Numbered from the whole stretch's first letter, positions 51,959 to 62,235 are shown. The stretch is 63,798 nt of DNA, filler included, from Octopus bimaculoides (GCF_001194135.2; 7 parts of 6 records of this genome joined end to end with filler, not necessarily neighbours in it); one strand, 5' to 3'. Translations and numbers: made by a program. Notes: generated by a model not told the origin, from the sequence alone.

Positions 51959-52035
51959 GTTTTGCATCAGGAACCAGCCTCTGCATTTTCATTGCAATTC
52001 TAGTTGCTGTCATCTTGCAACTATGGAATATATAG
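51959..52035 (+). CDS. Candidate terminal exon, copy 2 (GPI-signal-like hydrophobic tail)
   Basis: Long T tract + GCAG|GT; GFASGTSLCIFIAILVAVILQLWNI-TAG; near-identical to 49451-49527, and the similarity continues about 90 nt past the stop. Confidence 0.42.
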
Positions 52036-52534
52036 AATGGTATTTTCTATTTTATTTTGATATTGGTTAGCCTTTTAATAGACTTTTACTGTTTTCAGTC
52101 GACATAATTACTTTTAACATAAGCACCTTTTATACCACGGATGTATTTGTCGGTACTTGCTGGAATTTGGACCTCCACTCTCTGCCCTTCTCCCACTTTA
52201 AATGGACATTAATATCCCTACATATTTGGGAACAATGTTACCCCCTTGTTTGATTTATTCATCTTATTTCACTTTATTTGTTTTTTATTATATGTTATAT
52301 TTCTCTTTATTTTATTGTACTCTATGTCCACCCTCTCCCACCATACATTGTATGTATCTGCTTGCTTTTGGTACTATGCAACTACCGACAAATACATCCG
52401 TGGTATAAAAGGTGCTTATGTTAAAAGTAATTATGTAGACTGAAAACAGTAAAAGTCTATTAAAGGGCTTACCAATATCAAAATAAAATTTAAAAAAAAA
52501 AAAAATTTGATGTACTATGTAGCACTAATGAAGG

Positions 52535-52862
52535 TGCATGGCTCAGTGGTTAGAGCGTCAAGTTTACGATTGTGAGGTGGTGAGTTCGAATCCTGGACCG
52601 GGCTGCGTGTTGTGTTCTTTAGCAAGGCACTTTATTCCACGTTGCTCCAGTTCACTCAGCTGTAGAAGTGAGTTGCGACATCGCAGGTGCCAAGCTGTAT
52701 CGGCCTTTGCCTTTCCCTTGGATAACACTGGGGGCATGGAGAGGGGAGACTGGTGTCCATGGGTGACTGCTGGTCTTCCATAAACAACCTTGCCTGGACT
52801 TGTGCCTTGGAGGGTAGCTTTCTGGGTGCAATCTCATGGTCAGTCATGACCAAAGTGGGTCT
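52535..52862 (+). mobile_element. tRNA-derived SINE family C
   Basis: GCATGGCTCAGTGGTTAGAGC (A box), GAGTTCGAATCC (B box), GTGTTCTTTAGCAAGGCACTT central domain. Confidence 0.8.
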
Positions 52863-54169
52863 CAGTATGTAGAACTGTAAGTGTAGCCTATTGATTGAAA
52901 TAGTTTGTCTGCACCCACTTAGAGTTAATATATTATTTGATTATAATTTTTAAATTATTAGATTTATTAATAGGAATAATCTGATTTTAGGGTAATGTAA
53001 TATAAGCACAGCCTGTTGATATACCTTTGTTTATGATTTTTAATGATTAGATTTAATTATCTTAGGGTATTTGTTATTGTTTTTAAGTATGTTCAGTAAA
53101 TTGTTTCAATTAAAGAAACTTCACTCACAGTACTAATTTACCAGTGGACCTGTTATTAACTGTACCCATATATTACCAATATACTCTTTTAAGTTGTTTT
53201 ACAATGATAGGAACTATATAATCTTAATGACTATGTAATGCTTATCTAATATATAAATCCCATTCTGTCTATCAGTGTTTTGTGCGCTTATAACTTGAGT
53301 ATTGTCCATCCGATCACACTGAAATTTTAAACCACTTTAACTAACTGTAATCAACCACATGTATTTACGGTCAAATATGTTCTTACGGCTGTTTTCCGTG
53401 CGATAAACCAACTGACACGAAAAACTACTGGGAAAAGGCAGTTACAAAACAAGTGAAAATTTAAAAAAAACAAAAAAACATTACTGGCCATTGCTCCATT
53501 TTCTGAATATATTCTCAACAAAATTCAATTGAAAATAAAAAAAGATTAACTCATTGCTTATAAAACATGAAAANNNNNNNNNNNNNNNNNNNNNNNNNNN
53601 NNNNNNNNNNNNNNNNNNNNNNNNNNNNNNNNNNNGGGGGGTACGTCTAAAATCTTACCTAATGTTTCTCATCCAACTTTAAAAAAATAAATAGTATTGT
53701 TTAATTTTCAAAATAAAATTGATTTACAAAGAAAATGCCTTATGTTATTTATTGCACATTGTGTTATTTCAGCCCTGAGTTTCAACTCCTTTTGTGTCAG
53801 TTTTTGAGAGAAGGGAGACTTTCCTAAGCATTTTTGCACCTTTATTGCGTAGCAATTTCTGTTTGCCTGTCCATCAGGTTATTAAAACTTCCATTTATAT
53901 TTTTATTCGAATCTAATGTTACTTATCCCGTAGTTCTTACTGCTACGCCAGTGAAAATCAAAATAAAATACATAAAGCAACAGTCATCAAATGTAAAAGC
54001 CAAAGAACTGTTTATTGCTTAAATATCACTTGCAATATTCACTTTGGAGATAAAACAGTGTTCAGTCTGACGTATATGTGTCAACATGAGGTATGTACTA
54101 TGGAAGAGTACATTGCGCTTATCCTAATGTGAAAAGTGTTTGAGTGCAAAAAGTTTAAGTTTAATGATG

Positions 54170-54957
54170 GCCGTTGCCAGTACCGCCTGACTGGCCTTCG
54201 TGCGGGTGACACGTAAAAGCACCCACTACACTCCCTGAGTGGTTGGCGTTAGGAAGGGCATCCAGCTGTAGAAACTCTGCCAAATCAGATTGGAGCCAGG
54301 TGTAGCCATCTGGTTTCACCAGTACTCAGTCAAATCGTCCAACCCATGCTAGCATGGAAAGCGGACTTTAAACGAAGATGATGATGATGTCCAATTCCAC
54401 TGGAAGTTGTATATATTGTGGACTGAACAGCTTTCCTTCATTTTATTGGCCTCTTGACAATTTTGCAATGGTTCACTGGGTTAAGATTCACAATCAATCA
54501 ATTTTCATTATTTGATGACTGGCACCCATGCCAACGTCGTCTCCTTCATTGGACACGAAACTCAGCTTGCGAAGACTTATTGGGGCAAGCGAAAGCAAAA
54601 TCGGGATGGCACCTGTGCCCAGCATCACCTTTCTGGCACTTGTGCTCGCGGCATGTGTAAGGACTTTCGAGCGAGAAAGTTGCCAGTGCCCCTGGACTGG
54701 CTCATGTGCGGGTGGCACATAAAATACACCATTTTGAGTGTGGCCGTTGCCAGTACCGCCTGACTGGCCTTCGTGCGGGTGGCACGTAAAAACACCCACA
54801 ACACTCTCGGAGTGGTTGGCATTAGGAAGGGCATCCAGCTGTAGAAACTCTGCTTAAACAGATTGGAGCCTGGTGTAGCCATCTGGTTTCACCAGTCCTC
54901 AGTCAAATCATCCAAACCATGCTAGCATGGAAGGCGGATGCTAAATGATGATGAATC
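54170..54957 (+). mobile_element. Two RTE 3' tails in tandem
   Basis: GTTGCCAGTACCGCCTGACTGGCC...GGAAGGGCATCCAGCTGTAGAAACTCTG...(GAT)n appears at 54170-54390 and again at about 54480-54957. Confidence 0.85.
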
Positions 54958-55206
54958 CCTGCTTTCACTAATTCAGTATATCATTTGCAACAGATTCTGT
55001 GTCAGATGAGCTATGAAATTAATGATACTTTTTTGTGTCTTTGCTAAAACTTTATATCTGGAAATATATATATATATGTACACACGAGTGTGAAATGAAA
55101 AACCAGAACAGAATTTGCATATGTTTATAAAAAAATATATTTCCATATAAATGATTGCAAAGGGAAATTTAATTAAAATCAATATAAATGTATATCAATT
55201 AATTCA

Positions 55207-55484
55207 CTATGATTGTGTTTCTTCCGAATCTTTCTTGTCGTTTTGTTTATAAGCAAGGAGATGGTGTCCTCCATTGTACATACACCGTATTTTTTGATAC
55301 ATAAAGCAAAAGAAAAAGAGGAGGTTATCATATTCCCCGTGGTACTCGTCGCTGATAAAATATGTATGGTAATCCCGTAGAAAATAGTAGATTGCTTCAA
55401 CCGTACTCAAATAGGTGTTCGGTTTGTCCCGCTGGTGGCGCCAGAACTTGGTGTGCCTGGTTTTCATCTCTACACAACGAATTC
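55207..55484 (-). CDS. DTWD1: DTWD1 terminal coding exon 4
   Basis: TTTCTTCTCTTACTAG|GA completes Gly; [34 protein letters not shown]...YDNLLFFF...TQS-TAG. The four exons total 903 nt (300 aa plus stop). Confidence 0.95.
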
Positions 55485-55739
55485 CTAGTAAGAGAAGAAA
55501 GAAAAACAGGAGATGTATATATGTATGTACATATGTTTGAAGCTCTGAAGAAGCAACAGGGCGATACACAAGTACTCAACTGTGAGTGCACTGCATCTTA
55601 TAGCTGAAACAACTAAAAGCTAATGAAGTTCATATCATAACTGTTCATTCTTTTGTCATCTCAGTTTATTATATATATATATATATATATATTGGTACCC
55701 GTGCTGGTGGCACGTAAAAAGCACCATCCATATGTTCTT

Positions 55740-56139
55740 CAACCATAGATCCAACTTTTGGACAAACATTCCCATCTTCAAGATGAACTCTGTGACAGTG
55801 CAGTTGGGCCCTTGAAATGACAGGTTTAAGTGGTTAAGGGCTCCAAAAATGTCTGGCAGGAAGGCCAATAAGAAAATTATGGGCATGAAAGTAGCAAATC
55901 ATTGTTAGATTACCTCGTGTAAGGCAGTAAACATTTTAATGAAGAAAATATTAACTTGTAATGGCATGCTTGCCTCGCTAGAACCCAGTCAGCCTCCACC
56001 CAGCCTAGAGAGAACAAAGACATGCACCAGAAACCAAACAAGCAACTGTCATTTTATACATGCGTGCCCCTCAAGGTCATACATAGCATCAGGCGTACCA
56101 CCTGGAAAGCCCTCGCATACCACTGGTTGGGAATCACTG
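55740..56139 (-). mobile_element. hAT/Buster-like transposon remnant in DTWD1 intron 3
   Basis: LAFLPDIFGALNHLNLSFQG...FVQKLDLW transposase motif; terminal CAGTGATTCCCAACCAGTGG at 56139. Confidence 0.7.
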
Positions 56140-56297
56140 GTCTACAGGATCAGAGCCAACCAATAAAAACAATGAAGAATTCCTCTACGTGGTCGTTTGT
56201 TCTCCTAGCAGTAGCAGTCAAGTCTCCCTCAAATCACAACCTAATGTCTAAAGTAAAGAAAGTGGGGCACTGGATAATGTAATTTTACATATATGCG

Positions 56298-56458
56298 CAG
56301 GAGTGGCTGCGTGGTAAGTTGCTTGCTTACCAACCACATGGTTCCGGGTTCATTCCCACTGCGTGGCACCTTGGGTAAGTGTCTTCTACTATAGCCTTGG
56401 GCTGACCAAAGCTTTGTGAGTGGATTTGGTAGACGGAAACTGAAAGAAGCCCCTCGTA

Positions 56459-56503
<45 letters not shown>

Positions 56504-56725
56504 ATGTATATGTTTGTGTGTCTGTGTTTGTCCCCCCAGCATCGCTTGACAACTGATGCTGGTGTGTTTACGTCCCCGTAACTTAGTGGTTCGGCAAAAG
56601 AGACCGATAGAATAAGTACTAGGCTTACAAAGAATAAGTCCTGGGGTCGATTTGCTCGACTAAAGGCGGTGCTCCAGCATGGCCACAGTCAAATGACTGA
56701 AACAAGTGAAAGAGTAAAGAGAGAA
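56298..56725 (+). mobile_element. tRNA-derived SINE family A in DTWD1 intron 3
   Basis: Near full-length copy. Confidence 0.9.
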
Positions 56726-56871
56726 AAGAGTATATTCTGAAAAAAGAAAATATAGAGACATGATGGTCAAGGCTGGAATGCTTTTGATTGTAGGTTTGCT
56801 CAATTAAAGTTGATCTGAGGCTAAATAACAACAACAACTTAATGGTGTCTATGATGATGATGATTATTTAC

Positions 56872-57193
56872 CTTTTAGACGATCGTCTTTAGAAATTTGG
56901 TTGGTTTGGTTCCATGTACTGTCAATGAAGATTACCCTTTCAAATGGTGCCACGGACAGTTTAGTGTATTTTCTACAAGGAGTTGGAGAATTTGCTGAAT
57001 CAGATTTCCTCTTTGTAGCTTTTGTAGAATCGTTCAAACCATTTGTAGGATCTTCATTGTTAAATTGGGCATTTGGTTTGTCCCCATTTTCATGTTGAGA
57101 ATCTGAAGAAGTCTGTGGATTGGAGATGCACCCAGCAGCAGCCTTTAATTCTTCAAGTGTGACAGACTCAGGACCAGGGAAAACCAAAACAAC
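56872..57193 (-). CDS. DTWD1: DTWD1 coding exon 3
   Basis: CCCTAG| VVLVFPGPESVTLEEL...FERVIFIDSTWNQTNQISKDDRLK G|GTAAAT; contains the family DxTW motif; 322 nt, phase 0-1. Confidence 0.95.
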
Positions 57194-57321
57194 CTAGGGA
57201 ATATAGATTCAACCAATTTAAGTTTGTAGTGAATTGGACAACTAAATGACTGACCGAACAACCTACTGTCCATCTGTTCATCCACCCATTTTTTCCATCC
57301 ACTATCCCTGAGAGGAATATA

Positions 57322-58050
57322 TCATCATCATCATCGTTTAACGTCCGCTTTCCATGCTAGCACGGGTTGGACGATTTGACTGAGGACTGGTGAACCAGAT
57401 GGCTACACCAGGCTCCAATCTGATTTGGCAGAGTTTCTACAGCTGGATGCCCTTCCTAACGCCAACCACTCCGAGAGTGTAGTGGGTGCTTTTACATGCC
57501 ACTGGCACGAAGGCCAGTCAGACGGTATTGGCAACGGCCACGCTCAAAATGGTGTATTTTATGTGCCACCTGCACAGGAGCCAGTCCAGCGGCACTGGCA
57601 ACGATCTCGCTCGAATGCCTNNNNNNNNNNNNNNNNNNNNNNNNNNNNNNNNNNNNNNNNNNNNNNNNNNNNNNNNNNNNNNNNNNNNNNNNNNNNNNNN
57701 NNNNNNNNNNNNNNNNNNNNNNNNNNNNNNNNNNNNNNNNNNNNNNNAATGCCTTTACACGTGCCACGGGCACAAGTGCCAGAAAGGTGACACTGGACAC
57801 AGGTGCCATCACGATTTCGCTTTCGCTTGCACCAACAGGTCTTCGCAAGCCGAGTTTAGTGTCCAATGAAGGAGACGACGTTGGCATGGGTGCCAGTCGT
57901 CGAATTTAGTTCGATTTTGATTTCACTTGCCTCAACAGGTCTTCGCAAGCGGAGTTTAGTGTCCAATGAAGGAAGGTACGCATAAGTGAGCTGGCTACAC
58001 CCCTGGATTTAGGTCTCACTTGGCTTGCTGGGTCTTCTCATGCACAGCAT
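57322..58050 (-). mobile_element. RTE 3' tail in DTWD1 intron 2
   Basis: (CAT)n-CGTTTAACGTCCGC...GGATGCCCTTCCTAACGCC; contains an N gap. Confidence 0.85.
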
Positions 58051-58065
58051 ATTTCCATATATATT

Positions 58066-58648
58066 AATTTAAAATGTGTTATGAGTATTATAAGATAAAA
58101 TCCTATATAAACCCAACTAACAGTTAAAAAAAAGATGGAGAAGGGAAGATGTTGAAAAATTTTTATAAATTTTTAATCCATACGATCGTTTCGAATGATA
58201 ATACTGATATGTAAGAAAACATGGAAAAAATTATATTAATTATAATAATAATTAAATTAAATCAATTTAATTAGGTATTACTATTCTTTTCAGTGGAAAA
58301 AATTATAAAAGATCAAAAAAGGTATTAACAAAAGAATGTTACAATAAAACTACAGACAGCCTGTGTCTGATAAAGTTGATCGGATATTCATAACAAGAAT
58401 GTGAAATAGGAAAAAATAGAGATATAGGAACATGTCTATGTAGTGTTGAGTCTATCAGTGTAAGAACTAGAACTGTTTTGGTCAACGGATATTTTTCATG
58501 CTTTCTTACATGTCAGAATTATCATTCGAAACGATTGTATGGATTAAAAATCTATAAAAACTTTCAACATCTCTTCTCTATTTTTATTAACTGTTAGTTG
58601 AGTTTATATAGGATTTTATCCTATAATACTCATAACACATTTTTAATT
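58066..58648. repeat. Fold-back element (arms 58066-58231 and 58490-58648) with degenerate hammerhead
   Basis: Arms are reverse complements (e.g. AAAATGTGTTATGAGTATTAT / ATAATACTCATAACACATTTT; CCATACGATCGTTTCGAATGATAAT / ATTATCATTCGAAACGATTGTATGG). Confidence 0.9.
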
Positions 58649-58827
58649 GTCATATTTTCATATTTTAAATACTTGCAATAGCAAGTTACTACTTTGATAT
58701 GAAAGATCTTGATAAGAAATCTAACTTTTTGGACCCCCCGCAAAAGTTCATAATGTTCTACCTAAACAAATTTTTCTCACAATTATATATTATATATATA
58801 TCATATAAATATATATANNNNNNNNNN

Positions 58828-59312
58828 CTTATGCATACCTTTCCTTCATTGGACACTAAACTCTGCTTGCGAGGACCTGTTGGGGCAAGTGAAATCAAAA
58901 TCGAAATTGAACCAAATTCGATGACTGGTACCCGTGCCAGTGGAGCTCTAACAGCACCATCCGAGCGTGATCATTGCCAGAACAGCTGTCTGGCTTCCAT
59001 GCTGGTGGCATGTAAAAAGCACCATTTGAGTGTGATCATTACCAGTGTTGCCTTACTGGCACTCGTGCCAGTGGCACGTGCAAAAACATTCGAGCAAGGT
59101 CATTGCCAGTACTGCCTAACTGGCCCTCGTGCCGGTGGCACGTAAAAGCACCCACTACACTCTCGGAGTGGTTGGCGTTAGGAAGGGCATCCAGCTGTAG
59201 AAACTCTGCCAGATCAGATTGGAGCCCGGTGCAGCCATCTGGTTCACCAGTCCTCAGTCAAATCGTCTAACCCATGCTAGCATGGAAAGCGGACGTTGAA
59301 TGATGATGATGA
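58828..59312 (+). mobile_element. RTE 3' tail in DTWD1 intron 2 (opposite orientation to 57322-58050)
   Basis: AAAAGCACCCACTACACTCTCGGAGTGGTTGGCGTTAGGAAGGGCATCC...(GAT)n. Confidence 0.85.
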
Positions 59313-59530
59313 CACACACACATATACAGGTATATACATATACAACAGGCTTTTTTCAGTTTCCAATTATCGAATTCACTCACAGGGCTCTGGTCAAGCC
59401 CAGCCTTTAGTAGAAGACATTTGCACAAGGTGCTGTCAAGTGGGACTGAATCCAAAATCGCATGGTTGGGAAGCAAACTTTTTAATCACACAGTCATGCC
59501 TATCTCTATTAATTTCTAATTAATACTTAC

Positions 59531-59668
59531 TTTGTCTTTATCATAATTTGGAACACAAGGATATGTGTAGACACTGACGTTGTCTGGTGCTAAAACGGCA
59601 GCATGGCTGGCAGTACTTTTGCCTGCACACTCACTGGGATGGCGCAGGATGTCAATGGCTATAGGCAG
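59531..59668 (-). CDS. DTWD1: DTWD1 coding exon 2 (46 codons)
   Basis: Not in the ORF track; translated by hand. TTCTTTCTTTCGACAG| LPIAIDILRHPSECAGKSTASHAAVLAPDNVSVYTYPCVPNYDKDK |GTAAGT matches the DTWD1 HPxE.GKSTA.HA..LAP block; 138 nt, phase 0-0. Confidence 0.95.
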
Positions 59669-59699
59669 CTGTCGAAAGAAAGAACAAAGACGATATTAA

Positions 59700-59875
59700 C
59701 CCTTTAGCATTGAAACCAGCCATATCTGGCCCCAAATTTTCTATTTGTTTCATGTTCAAACTGGCCAGATCTGACCTCTCACACCTATTTGACAATATCA
59801 TTGTAAAAATATACAATCCCATTACTGATATCTTGAAGCTACAAGGTAATGCCTGATTAATTCAAACCAACACTC
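59700..59875. mobile_element. piggyBac-like MITE, one end only
   Basis: TTAA|CCCTTTAGCATT terminus; the matching family end AATGCTAAAGGG|TTAA occurs at about 44680-44695. Confidence 0.6.
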
Positions 59876-60419
59876 TTTTACTTGTTCAGTGTGTGTGTAT
59901 GTTTGTGCGTCTGTGTTTTTCCTCCAACATTGCTTGACAACCGATGCTGGTGTGTTTACGTCCCCGTAACTTAGCGGTTCGGCAAAAGAGACCGATAGAA
60001 TAAATACTAGGCTTACAAAGAATAAGTCCTGGGGGCGATTTGCTCGACTAAAAGGCGGTGCTCCAGCATGGCCACAGTCAAATGACTGAAACAAGTAAAA
60101 GAGTATATGTGTTAAGACTGGTCCTTCTGGTGGTGCCACATGTAAAAGTACCCCACCCTTGTGACATCACATAATAACAACTGTGTGGTGTCACATGAAA
60201 GTACCTGTGTGGTGCCATGTAAAAGCGCCTATGCAGTACCATGTTAAGGCACCCAGCACACGCTGGTTGGCATTAGGAAGGACATCCAGCTGTAGAAACC
60301 ATGCCAAATCAGACTGGAGTCTGGTGCATCCTGCTGGCTTGCCAGCTCTGGCCACACCATGCCAGCTTGGACAACGGACGTTGACTGAAAGAAAATATGT
60401 AAAGATGTGATTGATTTAC

Positions 60420-60584
60420 CTTGACGACAGGTGTTAAATGTTCCGTTCCTATCACAGGTTTATAACAGGTGTAACAGAAATATTTCCTTGATTTTCCACA
60501 CTCTGGACACACTCGACGATCATCTGATTCATCCAGGAAATCATAATTGCTTATTTTCAAGTCAGGAAATGGATTTTCTTCCAT
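60420..60584 (-). CDS. DTWD1: DTW domain-containing protein 1 (tRNA-uridine aminocarboxypropyltransferase), coding exon 1 (55 codons)
   Basis: ATG at 60584; MEENPFPDLKISNYDFLDESDDRRVCPECGKSRKYFCYTCYKPVIGTEHLTPVVK with the CxxC...CxxC motif of DTWD1; phase-0 donor AAG|GTAAAT. A polypyrimidine acceptor (TTACTCTTACACAG) lies 19 nt upstream of the ATG, so this exon starts near 60603. Confidence 0.95.
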
Positions 60585-60669
60585 TGTATAAAAACAAGTG
60601 ATACTGTGTAAGAGTAAAAAATAATTCTTTTTATTATAAACACAAGACTTGAAATTTTTTTTTTTTTTG

Positions 60670-61269
60670 AGGGGAGGGGTTAGTCAATGCTTGTGTTCAG
60701 TGAGTACTTATTTTATCAACTCTGAAAGGATGAACTCAGAATGTACCCAGAATGGTGGAAGAAATGTCTCTAAGTATTTTGTCCAACATGTGACTGATTC
60801 AGCCAGCATTGCAGCCTTTCTTTCTACAAAGGCACAAGGCCTGCAATTTTGGTGGGAGGTGGCTTCTCAATTACATCAAAGCCCCAGTGTTCAACTGGTA
60901 CTTATTTTATCGACCCCACCAAGAGGATGAGAAGCAAAGTTGACCATGACAGAATTTGATCTCAGAAAGTGAAGCACTGGAAGAAATGCCACCAACCATT
61001 TTGTCCTGTGTGCCAATGATTCTACCACCTCACCACCTTTATAATAATAATAATCCTTTCTACTGGAGGTACAAGGCCCCAGATTTGGTGGGAGGAGACT
61101 AGTTGATGACAGTGACCCCTAATGTTCAACTGGTACTTATTTCATTGACCCCCAAAAGGATGAAAGGCAAAGACGATCTCAGTTGAATTTGAACTCAGAA
61201 TGTAAAGACAGATGAAATGTTGCTAAGCATTTTGCCCAGATTGCAAACAAGTCTACCAGCTCACCACAT
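60670..61269 (-). mobile_element. Three tandem copies of SINE family B
   Basis: The GGTACTTATT..GACCC..AAAGGATGAA..GAACTCAGAA block recurs at about 60700, 60900 and 61130; the copies are linked by (AAT)n. Confidence 0.8.
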
Positions 61270-61279
61270 AATAATAATA

Positions 61280-61568
61280 ATAATAATTAATTCGTTTTAT
61301 TGGCCACAAGGGCTAATATCAATTAAAGACATATAAGGACAAAGACAGGACGAAGGTTACAAAAGGTTTTGTCCGAAAAGGTAGGAAAGTTCGTCTACAC
61401 AGAGGAAGAAAACGAAGAAAGATATAATAAATAAATAGATAAATAAGTAGAACTCCCAAAGGGGGAGGCGCTTCGAAAAAGGAAAGGTTACACGTGGAAA
61501 AACCCATAAAACCACGGGAGCCTGGTCAGAAAAATAAGAAAGGGGTATAGAGCCCTTTCTCCTTTTAC
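61280..61568 (-). mobile_element. L1/Tx1-like 3' end
   Basis: (AAT)n then TTTTATTGGCCACAAGGGCTAA, the same terminus style as at 24630 and 44355. Confidence 0.45.
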
Positions 61569-61706
61569 NNNNNNNNNNNNNNNNNNNNNNNNNNNNNNNN
61601 NNNNNNNNNNNNTTAATTAATTAANNNNNNNNNNNNNNNNNNNNNNNNNNNNNNNNNNNNNNNNNNNNATGTATATACATACATATATATATATATGTAT
61701 CTATAT

Positions 61707-62235
61707 GAACACTTCAAAAAATAGGCCTACTTTCAGGATGGAATCTGAAGATAGTTTACATACCCATGTACATTTGTAACCTTCAGTCTGAGATAGCAAC
61801 ATGTATTTCTAAAATATTCACTACGTCAACTCGTGTGTGTTTGGAACTTTAAGCGTCCCACTCCGTTTAAAGAGAAAACTATCGTAAACAATAAAAAAGC
61901 TACTATATAAAAGCATTATTACTGTTAAAACAGTAATAATGAGGTGGTTAGCAAGACTTGTATCTTAATAGGTATAATATGAAATATTTGAATAAAAGAA
62001 GGGTAAAAATACCGCTTACCAAAGATGAAAGCGAAAGTTTCAAAAACCACCGATCCTACGATTAAATACACACACGAGCAATGCAGTGAACACTTCAAAA
62101 AAATATGCCCACCTTCAGGATGGAATTTGAAGATAGTTTTCATATCCCAATATCATCGTAGGATTGATGGTTTTTGAAGTTTTCGCTTTCATCTTTGGCA
62201 AGCGGTACTTTTGCCCTTCTTTTATTCAAATACGT
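61707..62235. repeat. Combined direct (61707-61765 / 62089-62150) and inverted (61985-62062 / 62156-62235) repeats
   Basis: GAACACTTCAAAAAA..TTCAGGATGGAAT.TGAAGATAGTTT.CATA.CC appears twice; AAAGATGAAAGCGAAA..TTCAAAAACCA..ATCCTACGAT is mirrored. Confidence 0.85.

Noticed and set aside
55485-55569. N-terminal extension of the 55207-55569 ORF (MYRPVASS...LLFFFLLLL)
   Set aside because: This is intron and polypyrimidine tract; the DTWD1 exon starts at 55484.
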